Shown here in pieces: positions 30,028-39,827 of a stretch of 64,000 nucleotides of DNA (positions are counted from its first letter, which is position 1; each line of letters begins with the position of its first letter). Below the pieces are notes generated by a model that had not been told where the DNA came from, did no database searches, and worked only from the letters and a program-made list of their open reading frames with translations. The stretch is taken from the NCBI GenBank assembly GCA_964410385.1, contig CAYPHL010000001.1:5485-69484 (forward strand). The letters run 5' to 3'. The DNA comes from an uncultured Rikenellaceae bacterium (GTDB lineage Bacteria; Bacteroidota; Bacteroidia; Bacteroidales; VadinHA17). A program made the position numbers and the translations under genes.

Positions 30028-31476
30028 ATGGAAAAAGATCAGGATAAGATAATAAGTGAAGTTACTTCAGGGGAATACAAGTACGGATTCTATTCCGATA
30101 TTGAAATGGAAAAGCTCCCCAAAGGGCTGAATGAAGAAATTATCCGGATCATTTCTGGAAAGAAGAACGAGCCGGAATGGCTTCTTGAATTCCGGCTGAA
30201 AGCTTTCCGTCACTGGAAAACAATGAAAATGCCCGGATGGGCAAATCTTAAGATACCTGATATAGACTATCAGGAAATAATATATTATGCAGCCCCGAAG
30301 CCAAAAAATGCGCCGGGAAGCATTGAAGAGATTGATCCCGAGCTTAAAAGAACATTTGACAGGCTTGGCATTCCGCTCGAAGAACAGAAACATCTTGCAG
30401 GAATGGCTGTGGATGCAGTAATGGACAGTGTGTCTGTCAAGACGACCTTCAGGGAAACCCTTGCCGAAGCCGGTATCATTTTCTGCTCTTTCAGTGATGC
30501 TGTAAAAGAATATCCCGACCTTGTAAAAAGATATATGGGGACTGTTGTTCCATATACCGATAATTTCTTTGCAGCCCTTAATTCTGCTGTATTCAGCGAC
30601 GGCTCTTTCTGTTATATTCCAAAGGGTGTAAGGTGCCCGATGGAACTGTCGACTTATTTCAGGATCAATGCAGCCAATACGGGTCAGTTTGAACGTACTC
30701 TGCTTGTGGCCGATGAGGAGAGTTATGTAAGTTACCTTGAAGGATGCACGGCACCAATGCGTGATGAGAACCAGCTGCATGCAGCTATTGTTGAAATTAT
30801 AGCCGAGAATAATGCTGAGGTCAAATATTCAACCGTTCAGAACTGGTATCCGGGTGATAAAAACGGTAAAGGCGGGATCTTTAATTTTGTCACGAAGAGG
30901 GGCTTATGCCGGGGAGAAAATTCAAAGATATCGTGGACTCAGGTTGAGACAGGATCAGCAATAACCTGGAAATATCCTTCATGTATCCTTCGCGGTGATA
31001 ACTCCATCGGGGAATTTTATTCGGTTGCAGTCACAAACAATCATCAGCAGGCGGATACCGGAACAAAGATGATCCACATCGGGAAAAACACAAAAAGCAC
31101 AATAGTATCAAAAGGTATATCAGCAGGGTTCAGCCAGAACAGTTACAGGGGACTTGTAAAGGTGCTGAAAAATGCATCGGGTGCAAGGAACTTTTCCCAG
31201 TGCGACTCACTTCTTCTGGGCGATAAATGCGGCGCTCATACATTCCCATACCTGGAGGTCGACAATCAGACAGCTATTGTGGAACATGAAGCGACAACAT
31301 CAAAGATAGGAGAGGACCAGATCTTTTATTGCAATCAGAGGGGTATCTCAACGGAAGATGCCATAGGACTGATAGTAAACGGATATGCAAAGGAAGTAAT
31401 AAACAAGCTTCCGATGGAGTTTGCCGTTGAAGCTCAGAAACTTCTTCAGATAAGTCTGGAAGGAAGCGTAGGTTAG
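30028..31476 (+). CDS. sufB: Fe-S cluster assembly protein SufB
   Basis: 482 aa with typical SufB sequence (…[10 protein letters not shown]…[17 protein letters not shown]…). Confidence 0.95.
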   Translation: MEKDQDKIISEVTSGEYKYGFYSDIEMEKLPKGLNEEIIRIISGKKNEPEWLLEFRLKAFRHWKTMKMPGWANLKIPDIDYQEIIYYAAPKPKNAPGSIEEIDPELKRTFDRLGIPLEEQKHLAGMAVDAVMDSVSVKTTFRETLAEAGIIFCSFSDAVKEYPDLVKRYMGTVVPYTDNFFAALNSAVFSDGSFCYIPKGVRCPMELSTYFRINAANTGQFERTLLVADEESYVSYLEGCTAPMRDENQLHAAIVEIIAENNAEVKYSTVQNWYPGDKNGKGGIFNFVTKRGLCRGENSKISWTQVETGSAITWKYPSCILRGDNSIGEFYSVAVTNNHQQADTGTKMIHIGKNTKSTIVSKGISAGFSQNSYRGLVKVLKNASGARNFSQCDSLLLGDKCGAHTFPYLEVDNQTAIVEHEATTSKIGEDQIFYCNQRGISTEDAIGLIVNGYAKEVINKLPMEFAVEAQKLLQISLEGSVG

Positions 31477-31512
31477 AACAAAAAGGATAGAAAATCTTGA
31501 TAATATATTATT

Positions 31513-32274
31513 ATGCTCATTATTGATAACTTAAAAGTGGCCATTAACGGTAAGGTAATTCTGAAGGGGATAAGTCTGGAGGTGAAGGCGGGCGAGATAC
31601 ATGCCCTTATGGGACCGAACGGTTCAGGCAAAAGTACCCTTGCAGCAATTCTTGCCGGCAGGGAGTTTGCTGAAGTTCTCGAAGGGACAGTGACATATAT
31701 GGGAAAAAACCTTCTTGAGATGCCTGCAGAGGAACGATCACGCGAAGGTATTTTCCTCGGATTCCAGTACCCGATCGAAATTCCGGGAGTCAGTATGGTC
31801 AACTTCATGAAAACAGCTGTAAACGAACACCGCAGGCATAAAGGGCTTGATCCTCTGTCAGCATCCGACTTCCTGAAACTTATGCGTGAAAAAAAGGAAC
31901 TTGTCGAGATCGATTCCAAACTGGCAAACAGATCTGTAAATGAGGGTTTTTCAGGTGGCGAGAAAAAGAAAAATGAAATATTCCAGATGGCAATGCTTGA
32001 GCCAAAGCTGGCTATACTCGACGAAACTGACTCGGGACTTGATATTGATGCACTCCGCATTGTGGCCAACGGAGTCAATAAACTTAAAAGGCCTGATACA
32101 TCCGCGATCGTTATCACACATTATCAGAGACTTCTCGATTATATTGTACCCGATGTTGTACATGTTCTTTACGACGGAAGAATAGTTAAAACATCCGGGA
32201 GGGAGCTTGCCCTTGAACTTGAGGAAAAGGGTTATGACTGGATTAAAAAAGATGCTGAAAAAAATGAACTATGA
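31513..32274 (+). CDS. sufC: Fe-S cluster assembly ATPase SufC
   Basis: Walker [10 protein letters not shown], signature FSGGEKKK, Walker [12 protein letters not shown]. Confidence 0.95.
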   Translation: MLIIDNLKVAINGKVILKGISLEVKAGEIHALMGPNGSGKSTLAAILAGREFAEVLEGTVTYMGKNLLEMPAEERSREGIFLGFQYPIEIPGVSMVNFMKTAVNEHRRHKGLDPLSASDFLKLMREKKELVEIDSKLANRSVNEGFSGGEKKKNEIFQMAMLEPKLAILDETDSGLDIDALRIVANGVNKLKRPDTSAIVITHYQRLLDYIVPDVVHVLYDGRIVKTSGRELALELEEKGYDWIKKDAEKNEL

Positions 32275-33629
32275 ACAATCAGTCAGAAAGATCTGAACGT
32301 TACCTTAAACTTTACAGGGAGAACATCGGAAGAATTTCACTCTCCTCTTCACCTTATATTAATTCATTCCGCCAAAGGGCAATAGAGGAATTCGAAAAGC
32401 TGGGCATTCCTACAAGGAAAAATGAAACTTACAGGTATACAAATCTGGATACATTTTTCAACCATGACTATAATACATATTTTATGCCCGGGGAGGCGGA
32501 TTTTATCAAAGCTGAAGAATTCCGGTGCGATGTTACTGATCTGGATGCTCATGGCGTGGTACTGATGAATGGCTTTTATCCTACAATAAGGGATAAAGTC
32601 CGTCAGCTGCCGGGCGGGATATGGATTGGAAGCCTTAATGAGGCTTCAGCGAAATTCAGCGATCTTATTGAAAAGCATTACGGGAAATATGTTAACGGAA
32701 ACTCCGACGGACTTGTACATCTCAATACTGCCCTGGCCTCAGATGGCGTTTTTCTTTATGTTCCGGAAGGTGCAGTGCTTAAGAAACCCATACAGATAGT
32801 AAATCTTGTAGATTCACAGGTTGATATCTTTAACCAGCACAGGAATCTTATTATAGTTGAGGAGAATGCCGATATAACACTTATAATTTGTGATCATACA
32901 CTCTCACCGCGGAAATTCCTTACAAATGCCGTAACTGAGATCTATGTTGGTGAGAATTCTAATTTTGATATAATCCGTGTTCAGAACGAACATAACAATG
33001 CGGCAAAGATCACTCATACTTTTATACATCAGGAGCGTAACAGTTTTGCTTCATCCAATAATATTACCCTTCACGGCGGGCTGGTTCGCAACAGCACCCA
33101 TCATTACCTTGGGGGTGAAGGAGCCGAAAGCAATTCCTACGGGTTATTTCTTGCTGATAAGTTCCAGCATGTGGATAACTACGTGAATGTCAGTCATGCC
33201 TCTCCGAAATGCACCAGCAATCAGCTTTTTAAAGGAGTGCTTGATGATATGTCAACGGGGGCCTTTAACGGCAGGATATTCGTTCATAAGGATGCACAGG
33301 GTACTTCGGCGTATCAGAAGAACAATAATATACTCCTTACAGATGATGCAAAAATGGACACAAAACCCCAGCTGGAGATCTATGCTGATGATGTAAAATG
33401 CAGTCATGGAGCAACGGTTGGCCAGATGGATGAAAATGCCCTGTTTTATCTCCGGTCACGGGGAATAAGCAAACGGGAAGCACGTTTGATGCTTATGTTC
33501 GGATTTGCACATGAAGTCATCCAGAATATTCAGGTTGAGGCTCTCCGCGAAAGGATGGACAACCTTGTCATGCAACGTCTGAAAGGTGAACTTTCGAGAT
33601 GTGCAAGTTGTATGGTGAAATGCGGTTAA
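32271..33629 (+). CDS. sufD: Fe-S cluster assembly protein SufD
   Basis: 452 aa with a beta-helix core (…[20 protein letters not shown]…). Overlaps the sufC stop. Confidence 0.9.
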   Translation: MNNQSERSERYLKLYRENIGRISLSSSPYINSFRQRAIEEFEKLGIPTRKNETYRYTNLDTFFNHDYNTYFMPGEADFIKAEEFRCDVTDLDAHGVVLMNGFYPTIRDKVRQLPGGIWIGSLNEASAKFSDLIEKHYGKYVNGNSDGLVHLNTALASDGVFLYVPEGAVLKKPIQIVNLVDSQVDIFNQHRNLIIVEENADITLIICDHTLSPRKFLTNAVTEIYVGENSNFDIIRVQNEHNNAAKITHTFIHQERNSFASSNNITLHGGLVRNSTHHYLGGEGAESNSYGLFLADKFQHVDNYVNVSHASPKCTSNQLFKGVLDDMSTGAFNGRIFVHKDAQGTSAYQKNNNILLTDDAKMDTKPQLEIYADDVKCSHGATVGQMDENALFYLRSRGISKREARLMLMFGFAHEVIQNIQVEALRERMDNLVMQRLKGELSRCASCMVKCG

Positions 33630-33641
33630 CATGGTGCGATA

Positions 33642-34859
33642 GTGAAGGATATAAATGACATAAGAGCTGATTTTCCGATACTGGGCAGAAAAGTTTACAA
33701 TAAGCCTCTGGTATATTTCGACAATGGGGCAACAACTCAAAAACCCCGGTGCGTTATTGATACGGTCAATGAAGTATTCTCGGCCTATAACAGCAATATT
33801 CACCGGGGCGTTCATTTTTTGAGCGACAAAGCTTCGGAGGAATATGAAAATGCCCGTGAAAAAGTCCGTTCCTTCATCAATGCAGGAAAGAAGGAAGAAA
33901 TTATCTTTACTTCCGGGACAACCGGATCAATTAATGCAATTGCGTTTTCATTCGGTGAAAGATATATCAGCAAGGGTGATGAAATTATAATAAGCCATCT
34001 CGAGCATCATGCAAATATTGTTCCCTGGCAGATGATGTGCGAGAGAAAGGGAGCGAAGTTGCGGGTGATCCCTGTGAATGACAATGGGGAAATAATCTTT
34101 GAGGAGTACCTTAAATTGCTGACCGGAAGGACCAGGCTTGTAGCTGTAACCCAGGTCTCCAATTCCCTCGGAATAATTCTTCCGGTAAAACAGATTATTG
34201 ATGCTGCTCATTCAATAAATGTCCCGGTGCTGGTCGACGGAGCCCAGGGGATACAGCATGGGGTTACAGATGTAAGGGATTTGGATTGCGATTTCTATGC
34301 GTTTTCGGGGCATAAGATCTATGGACCGACAGGAATAGGTGTCTTATACGGAAAAACAAATCTGCTCGAAGACCTTCCTCCCTATCAGGGTGGCGGCGAT
34401 ATGGTACAGAATGTCTCTTTCAGTAAAACAACGTATAATGAACTGCCGTTCAAGTTTGAGGCCGGTACAATGAATTTCCCCGGGGCCATTGGCCTTGCCA
34501 CTGCAATTGATTACCTCCTGTCCCTCGGAATGGAAAATATTAAAAGAAGAGAAAATGAACTTTTAAAATATGCTGCACAAAGATTGGAAGCGGTCAGAGG
34601 ATTAAAAATCTACGGGAATTCAGAACAGAAAATATCGATCATATCATTCCTGCTGAAAGATATTCATATGTATGACACCGGAATGGTTCTAGATAAGCTT
34701 GGAATAGCAGTAAGGACAGGGACTCATTGTGCGCAGCCTGTAATGGACAGGTTTGGGATTGAAGGAACAGTAAGAGCATCAATGTGTTTTTATAATACGT
34801 TTGAAGAGATAGATATTCTTGGCACAGGAATTGAAAAGGTTATTTCAATGTTTTCATGA
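33642..34859 (+). CDS. sufS: Cysteine desulfurase, SufS subfamily
   Basis: GTG start. PLP-lysine region FSGHKIYGPTGIGVLYG and active-site loop RTGTHCAQP. Confidence 0.93.
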   Translation: MKDINDIRADFPILGRKVYNKPLVYFDNGATTQKPRCVIDTVNEVFSAYNSNIHRGVHFLSDKASEEYENAREKVRSFINAGKKEEIIFTSGTTGSINAIAFSFGERYISKGDEIIISHLEHHANIVPWQMMCERKGAKLRVIPVNDNGEIIFEEYLKLLTGRTRLVAVTQVSNSLGIILPVKQIIDAAHSINVPVLVDGAQGIQHGVTDVRDLDCDFYAFSGHKIYGPTGIGVLYGKTNLLEDLPPYQGGGDMVQNVSFSKTTYNELPFKFEAGTMNFPGAIGLATAIDYLLSLGMENIKRRENELLKYAAQRLEAVRGLKIYGNSEQKISIISFLLKDIHMYDTGMVLDKLGIAVRTGTHCAQPVMDRFGIEGTVRASMCFYNTFEEIDILGTGIEKVISMFS

Positions 34860-34866
34860 AAAAAAT

Positions 34867-35292
34867 ATGACGGTCAGCGAGGTTCAGGATTCAATAATAG
34901 AGGAGTTTTCGGAATTTGAAGAGTGGATGGATAAGTATAACCTGCTTATTGAGATGGGCAGAGAACTGCCGGTAATAGATCCGGTATTCAAAACGAAAGA
35001 TTTTCTTATTGAAGGATGTCAGTCTAAAGTCTGGCTTCACCCTGAATTTGATGGAAAGAAAATAAAATTCACAGCCGACAGTGATGCCATAATTACAAAA
35101 GGCATCGTGGCGCTTCTTATAAAGGTCCTTTCTGACAGAACACCTGAAGAAATTATTTCAGCCGATCTGTATTTCATTGATAAGATAGGCCTGAGACAGA
35201 ACCTCTCACCAACACGTTCCAACGGGCTTTTATCAATGGTTAAGCAGATAAGGTTGTACGCGATAGCTTACAATGCAAAGCAAAAAATCTGA
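34867..35292 (+). CDS. sufE: SufE-like sulfur acceptor protein
   Basis: Internal ATG at 34867, just after the sufS stop; the track ORF start at 34819 overlaps sufS. Has the conserved EGCQSKVW motif. Confidence 0.8.
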   Translation: MTVSEVQDSIIEEFSEFEEWMDKYNLLIEMGRELPVIDPVFKTKDFLIEGCQSKVWLHPEFDGKKIKFTADSDAIITKGIVALLIKVLSDRTPEEIISADLYFIDKIGLRQNLSPTRSNGLLSMVKQIRLYAIAYNAKQKI

Positions 35293-35615
35293 TGATGGAT
35301 AAGAGTCAGTTTTCTGAAAAGGAATTAAAGATCATTGAGGTACTCAGGACTATCTATGACCCTGAGATCCCTGTAAATATTTATGATCTTGGATTGATTT
35401 ATAAGGTTTTGGTTGATGATGAGAAAACAGTTCATATTACAATGACCCTTACGGCACCAAATTGCCCGATTGCCGATCAGTTGCTGGAAGAGGTCAGGGA
35501 AAAAGCCGGCAGTACAGAAGGTATCGGAAAGGTCGATCTTAAACTTACATTTAATCCACCATGGAACCCTGATAATCTCAGTGATGAGGTTAAGCTTGAA
35601 CTGGGATTTCTGTAA
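35292..35615 (+). CDS. DUF59/MIP18-family Fe-S assembly protein (SufT-like)
   Basis: 107 aa. IYDPEIPVNIYDLGLIY…TLTAPNCP is typical of DUF59. Confidence 0.8.
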   Translation: MMDKSQFSEKELKIIEVLRTIYDPEIPVNIYDLGLIYKVLVDDEKTVHITMTLTAPNCPIADQLLEEVREKAGSTEGIGKVDLKLTFNPPWNPDNLSDEVKLELGFL

Positions 35616-35625
35616 ATTTGCATAT

Positions 35626-36576
35626 ATGGAATCTGGGTTAATTCAGGACCTGTCGGATCAGATCAGGGAGAAAGCAAGGGAACTTGGCTTTGATCTTTGC
35701 GGTATGGCGAGGACCAGGGTCCTGTCGGATAACGGGAAGATCCTTGAGAAATGGTGTGAAGCCGGGATGAACGCCGGAATGATTTATCTTCAGCGAAATA
35801 TCGAAAAGAGGATCAATCCGGGTTTGCTGATGCCTGATGCAAGATCAATCGTAGTAACAGGCTTGTCTTATTATACGGAACTCAAACAAAAGGACCCCCG
35901 GGCACCGGTGCTGTCGAGATACGCATATGGATTGAATTACCACGACGTCATCTCCCCGATGCTTGAAAAGCTTCTGGAATTCATTAAGACTATTGTACCT
36001 GGCTGTGATGGAAGGGTGTTCTGTGACTCAGGCCCGCTTCTTGAAAAGGCATGGGCCCGGCAGGCCGGATTAGGCTGGCAGGGGCGACATTCAATAATGA
36101 TCAACAGGGAAATAGGATCATTCTTTTTTATAGGAGCAGTTGTCCTTAATATAGAACTTGATTATGATACTCCTTTCGATGGTGATTACTGCGGGACTTG
36201 TACCAAATGTATAGAAAAGTGTCCGACAGGCGCTATAAATGACGACCGTACAATAGATGCAAGAAAATGTATAGCTAACCTGACTATTGAGAACAGAGGG
36301 CCAATACCGGAAGAAATAATTCCCAGACTGCAGGGAAGGGTCTATGGCTGTGATATATGCCAGAATGCCTGCCCGTGGAATAATTCCCCGCAGGCCAGAG
36401 CTCATCCGGCATTTGCAATTAATGACAAAGTAGCGGCAATGACACGGGAGGACTGGCTTTCCCTCACTGAAGATGAGTATGACAGACTGTTTAAAAACAG
36501 TGCACTTGAGAGAGTGAAATATACTGATCTGTTACGAAATATTTCAGCCGCAATAAAATCGATGGATTATCAGTAG
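35626..36576 (+). CDS. queG: tRNA epoxyqueuosine(34) reductase
   Basis: Internal ATG at 35626; the track extension overlaps the previous gene. Two 4Fe-4S ferredoxin motifs (CGTCTKCIEKCP, CDICQNACP). Confidence 0.85.
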   Translation: MESGLIQDLSDQIREKARELGFDLCGMARTRVLSDNGKILEKWCEAGMNAGMIYLQRNIEKRINPGLLMPDARSIVVTGLSYYTELKQKDPRAPVLSRYAYGLNYHDVISPMLEKLLEFIKTIVPGCDGRVFCDSGPLLEKAWARQAGLGWQGRHSIMINREIGSFFFIGAVVLNIELDYDTPFDGDYCGTCTKCIEKCPTGAINDDRTIDARKCIANLTIENRGPIPEEIIPRLQGRVYGCDICQNACPWNNSPQARAHPAFAINDKVAAMTREDWLSLTEDEYDRLFKNSALERVKYTDLLRNISAAIKSMDYQ

Positions 36577-36594
36577 CTTTTTTGACCAGTAATG

Positions 36595-36622
36595 AAAAAG
36601 GCTGAAATTCTTCAGCCTTTTT
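36595..36622. terminator. Bidirectional rho-independent terminator between queG and the ECF sigma gene
   Basis: AAAAA-GGCTGAA-attc-TTCAGCC-TTTTT, a perfect 7-bp stem flanked by an A-run and a T-run. Confidence 0.8.
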
Positions 36623-36630
36623 ACCTGTTT

Positions 36631-36660
36631 TAACCTAATCTAACTTAACCTAACCTAACC
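36631..36660. repeat. Pentamer tandem repeat (TAACC-like x6)
   Basis: taacc taatc taact taacc taacc taacc, immediately 3' of the terminator hairpin. Confidence 0.8.
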
Positions 36661-36681
36661 AAATCAATTAAAATGATTTTA

Positions 36682-37209
36682 TCAATTGTAATCCTTTAAC
36701 ATAAGCATGAGCTTCTGCCTGGTAAAGAAAATCCTGCTTTTTACTGTACCAATTTTTAATCCAAGCTCATCCGCAATTTCCTTATATTTATATCCTTCAA
36801 TATGCATTCTGAATGGTATCCTGAATTCATCTTCAAGTGAGTTTATTGCCTTTTCAATCTCTGCTTCAGAGTAATTCGATTCAGGAGAAACAAAGCCCTT
36901 GTCTTGTGGCTGATTTAAATAGTAAAGATCCTTTGTCCCGTCAATTATAGTGTTCTCTTTCGAATTACGCCTGTAATTATTAATGAACGTATTCTTCATT
37001 ATTGTGAAAACCCAGGCTTTAAGGTTTGTATAATCGACGAATTTGTCTTTGTGAGTAATTGCTTTGAGATATGTGTCCTGCACAAGGTCAAGGGCAGTAT
37101 CACGGTCGTATGTGAGGCTCATGGCAAATCTTTGAAGATTTGACTTCATCCCTATAAGGGTATTGTTGAATTCGTGAGTTGTCATAGCTTCAGTTTTTAT
37201 TTTATGCAT
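36682..37209 (-). CDS. RNA polymerase sigma-70 family factor, ECF subfamily
   Basis: 175 aa. Region 2 (DLVQDTYLKAI…WVFTIMKNTFIN) and region 4 HTH (YKEIADELGLKIGTVKSRIFFTRQKL). Confidence 0.9.
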   Translation of the reverse strand: MHKIKTEAMTTHEFNNTLIGMKSNLQRFAMSLTYDRDTALDLVQDTYLKAITHKDKFVDYTNLKAWVFTIMKNTFINNYRRNSKENTIIDGTKDLYYLNQPQDKGFVSPESNYSEAEIEKAINSLEDEFRIPFRMHIEGYKYKEIADELGLKIGTVKSRIFFTRQKLMLMLKDYN

Positions 37210-37403
37210 ACAAAAATATGCTAATAAAATAAGATAAACAAATCTGAATATCTTAAAATCTGTTAAAATTAAGAGGATTCTAAATAACTTTGATCCATAA
37301 ATATTTTAAAATGATGATAATATGGATTGATTTTAAGCTGTTGTATAAATTATTTTTTCGTAAATTTTTGTCTTAATCCTGTACCCTGTACCTTTAGCCT
37401 CTA

Positions 37404-37464
37404 CGCCGGACGCCGGACGTTGGACGCCGGATCCCGGATGCCGGATGCCGGATGCCGGATGCCG
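37404..37464. repeat. Heptamer tandem repeat YGCCGGA, ~8.7 copies
   Basis: cgccgga cgccgga cgttgga cgccgga tcccgga tgccgga tgccgga tgccgga tgccg. Preceded by 2x cctgtac at 37378-37391. Confidence 0.9.
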
Positions 37465-37511
37465 TAACATTGCATAATCTCACTAACTTTACTATATTTA
37501 GAAAAAAAAGA

Positions 37512-38333
37512 ATGCAATACAGCATAAAGCTTAAGAACGGACAGATACTGAGGGGATTTCTTAACAGTCCCGGTGAAAGGACAAGGGCGAACATAATATT
37601 TGTACACGGGCTGGGCGAGCATGTAAACCGTTACAATTCCTGGGCCGGATCTTTTAACAGGGAGGGGATTGGCTTCACAGGACTTGATCTGCCTGGCCAT
37701 GGTTCTTCTGATGGCAGGAGGGGTCATATAAGAAGTTATTCTCTCACTGATGAGATGCTTGATATTCTTATACAACATATCAGGAGCACTTTCCCCGGAG
37801 TTCCGGTTTTTATTTATGGCCACAGTCTGGGAGGAGGAATAGTACTTGACTATCTTCTCAGGAAAAAACCGGCTGTAAAGGGCGCCATTGTTACGTCGCC
37901 CTGGTTGAAGCTCTCATTTCAGCCTGACAAATTCAAACTGGTACTTATTTCGGTGATAAAGAATATTCTTCCGGGACTGGTTCAGCCTTCCGGACTTGTA
38001 ACAGCGAACTTATCACAGAGCAGAGATGTTGTTGAAAAATATAATTCAGATCCTCTTGTCCATGGCAAGATCTCTGTAAGCCTTGCCGACAGTGCAATGG
38101 TAGCTGCAGAGCGGTCGCTCAGACATTCTGAAGAGCTTGATATTCCGCTTCTTATAATGCACGGAAGCAGGGATATGATATGTTCACCAGAAGGGAGTTC
38201 GGGTTTTGCCGCGGGAACAAAAATGGCTGAATTAAAGATCTGGGATGGTGGATTTCACGAACTTCATAATGAACCGTTTAAAGATGAGGTATTTGTATAT
38301 ATTACAAGCTGGATGAACAGAATGCTGAAGTGA
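37512..38333 (+). CDS. Alpha/beta hydrolase (lysophospholipase/monoacylglycerol lipase-like)
   Basis: Internal ATG at 37512; the track start reads through the heptamer repeat. Has HGLGEH, nucleophile elbow GHSLGG, and a C-terminal H in GGFHEL. Confidence 0.85.
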   Translation: MQYSIKLKNGQILRGFLNSPGERTRANIIFVHGLGEHVNRYNSWAGSFNREGIGFTGLDLPGHGSSDGRRGHIRSYSLTDEMLDILIQHIRSTFPGVPVFIYGHSLGGGIVLDYLLRKKPAVKGAIVTSPWLKLSFQPDKFKLVLISVIKNILPGLVQPSGLVTANLSQSRDVVEKYNSDPLVHGKISVSLADSAMVAAERSLRHSEELDIPLLIMHGSRDMICSPEGSSGFAAGTKMAELKIWDGGFHELHNEPFKDEVFVYITSWMNRMLK

Positions 38334-38343
38334 TCTTTAAGTT

Positions 38344-39330
38344 ATGGAGCTCAGAACGACATTTGAAATAGCAGCATCGGAAAGCAGGATCAGCTATAAT
38401 GATCCGGTTCTGTTTATAGGATCCTGCTTTGCAACAGAAATAGGTAATCAGTTTGTGGCCGGGAAGATGCCTGTCCTTATTAACCCTTCCGGAACAGTCT
38501 ATAATCCGGTATCGGTTTGTAATACTCTCGATACAATTACCGGCGGAAAGAAATACACCCGGGACGATTTATATAATTATAATGGTGTCTGGTTAAGTTT
38601 CAATCATTATACAGATTTTTCATCGGAAGATCCGGAAGCTGTTCTGGAATCGATAAATGAAGCAGCGGAGAGGTCTCGTTTGTTTATTTCTGCAGCACGG
38701 TTCCTGTTTATTACTTTCGGAACTGCAAGAGTATACCGGTGGAAAGGATCCGGAAGAATAGTATCCAACTGTCATAAGATCCCTTCCTCCGAATTCACGG
38801 ATGAACTTCTTTCCCCCGCCGAAATTGTTAATCTGTGGTATGAAGAACTTACTGAACTGAAATCACTTTTCCCGTCATTGAAGGTTGTGTTTACAATAAG
38901 TCCGGTACGTCACTGGAAAAATGGGGCACATGGCAACCAGGTAAGCAAATCCGTTCTGTTTCTGGCTGTCGAAGAGTTAATGCATCACCCGTCAAAACCA
39001 GGTTATTTTCCTGCATATGAATTGGTTATGGATGATCTTCGTGATTATCGTTTTTATGATGATGATATGCTTCACCTATCATCAGCGGCAATAAACTATG
39101 TATGGCAAAGGTTTTCTGACTGTTATCTCGATGCCAGGACCGTGGAGCTCAGGAACGAGGTTCTGAAAGTTACAAGGGCATTTAACCACAGGCTGACAAG
39201 CCCCCTGGAAAGCAGGAAGATGGAATTTGCCCGGTCAATGATTGACAGGATAAAAACCATCGAAAATAAGATTCCCACGATTGATCTTACCGGCGAAAGG
39301 GCTTATTTCAATAAAATTCTGGGAAAATAA
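38344..39330 (+). CDS. GSCFA domain-containing protein
   Basis: N-terminal …VLFIGSCFATEIGN… carries the eponymous GSCFA motif. 328 aa. Confidence 0.8.
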   Translation: MELRTTFEIAASESRISYNDPVLFIGSCFATEIGNQFVAGKMPVLINPSGTVYNPVSVCNTLDTITGGKKYTRDDLYNYNGVWLSFNHYTDFSSEDPEAVLESINEAAERSRLFISAARFLFITFGTARVYRWKGSGRIVSNCHKIPSSEFTDELLSPAEIVNLWYEELTELKSLFPSLKVVFTISPVRHWKNGAHGNQVSKSVLFLAVEELMHHPSKPGYFPAYELVMDDLRDYRFYDDDMLHLSSAAINYVWQRFSDCYLDARTVELRNEVLKVTRAFNHRLTSPLESRKMEFARSMIDRIKTIENKIPTIDLTGERAYFNKILGK

Positions 39331-39345
39331 TTGATTGGGGAATAA

Positions 39346-39397
39346 GGTGTGAGGCGTGAGGTTTGAGAGGAGTGAGTGTGAGTGTGAGGTGGGGAAG
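39346..39397. repeat. GT/GA-rich short tandem repeat (GTGAG(G)-type units)
   Basis: ggtgtgaggcgtgaggtttgagaggagtgagtgtgagtgtgaggtggggaagg, between two convergent genes. Confidence 0.75.
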
Positions 39398-39404
39398 GCC
39401 GGAA

Positions 39405-39776
39405 TCATTCCGAATCTTCGATCATTATTTTCTTCACAACACGGACGCCGTCGCTGAATATTATTGTAACGAGGTACATTCCGCGTCCGGGATTGTCGAG
39501 GATGATTTTATTGAGAGTCTGAGGATTATTATATTGTGCCCTGTAAATGTCCTGGCCGATAATATTTGTAATCTTAACGAATGAAACATCACGGTCAGTC
39601 TTTATGTTAAAATAATCTTCCCTTACCGGAACAGGATAAATGCTTACGGTGACATCAGGACCTTTCGATGTCATACCCTGTTTCAGCCGTAAAGATGCAA
39701 CAGCAGTACTATCCTTCTGGGCCTGAAGGCTAAGACTGAAAAATACAGACAGAATAAAGAGTATAACTTTCTTCAT
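39405..39776 (-). CDS. Small secreted protein consisting essentially of a signal peptide plus a T9SS type A C-terminal sorting domain
   Basis: Signal MKKVILFILSVFFSLSLQA. The C-terminal ~80 aa match the Por_Secre_tail pattern (VSIYPVPV…VKITNIIGQDIY…GMYLVTIIFSDGVRVVKKIMI). Confidence 0.75.
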   Translation of the reverse strand: MKKVILFILSVFFSLSLQAQKDSTAVASLRLKQGMTSKGPDVTVSIYPVPVREDYFNIKTDRDVSFVKITNIIGQDIYRAQYNNPQTLNKIILDNPGRGMYLVTIIFSDGVRVVKKIMIEDSE

Positions 39777-39827
39777 ACATGCCGTTTTGGGAACTGCATC
39801 AAAAATTGTGCTAAAGATAGTAAAAAA

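Noticed and set aside
37394-37823. Minus-strand ORFs 37394-37594 and 37401-37823 (…ASGIRHPASGIRRPTSG…)
   Set aside because: Their C-terminal ends (37404-37464) read through the heptamer microsatellite, and they overlap the alpha/beta hydrolase gene antisense. They are artefacts of the repeat.
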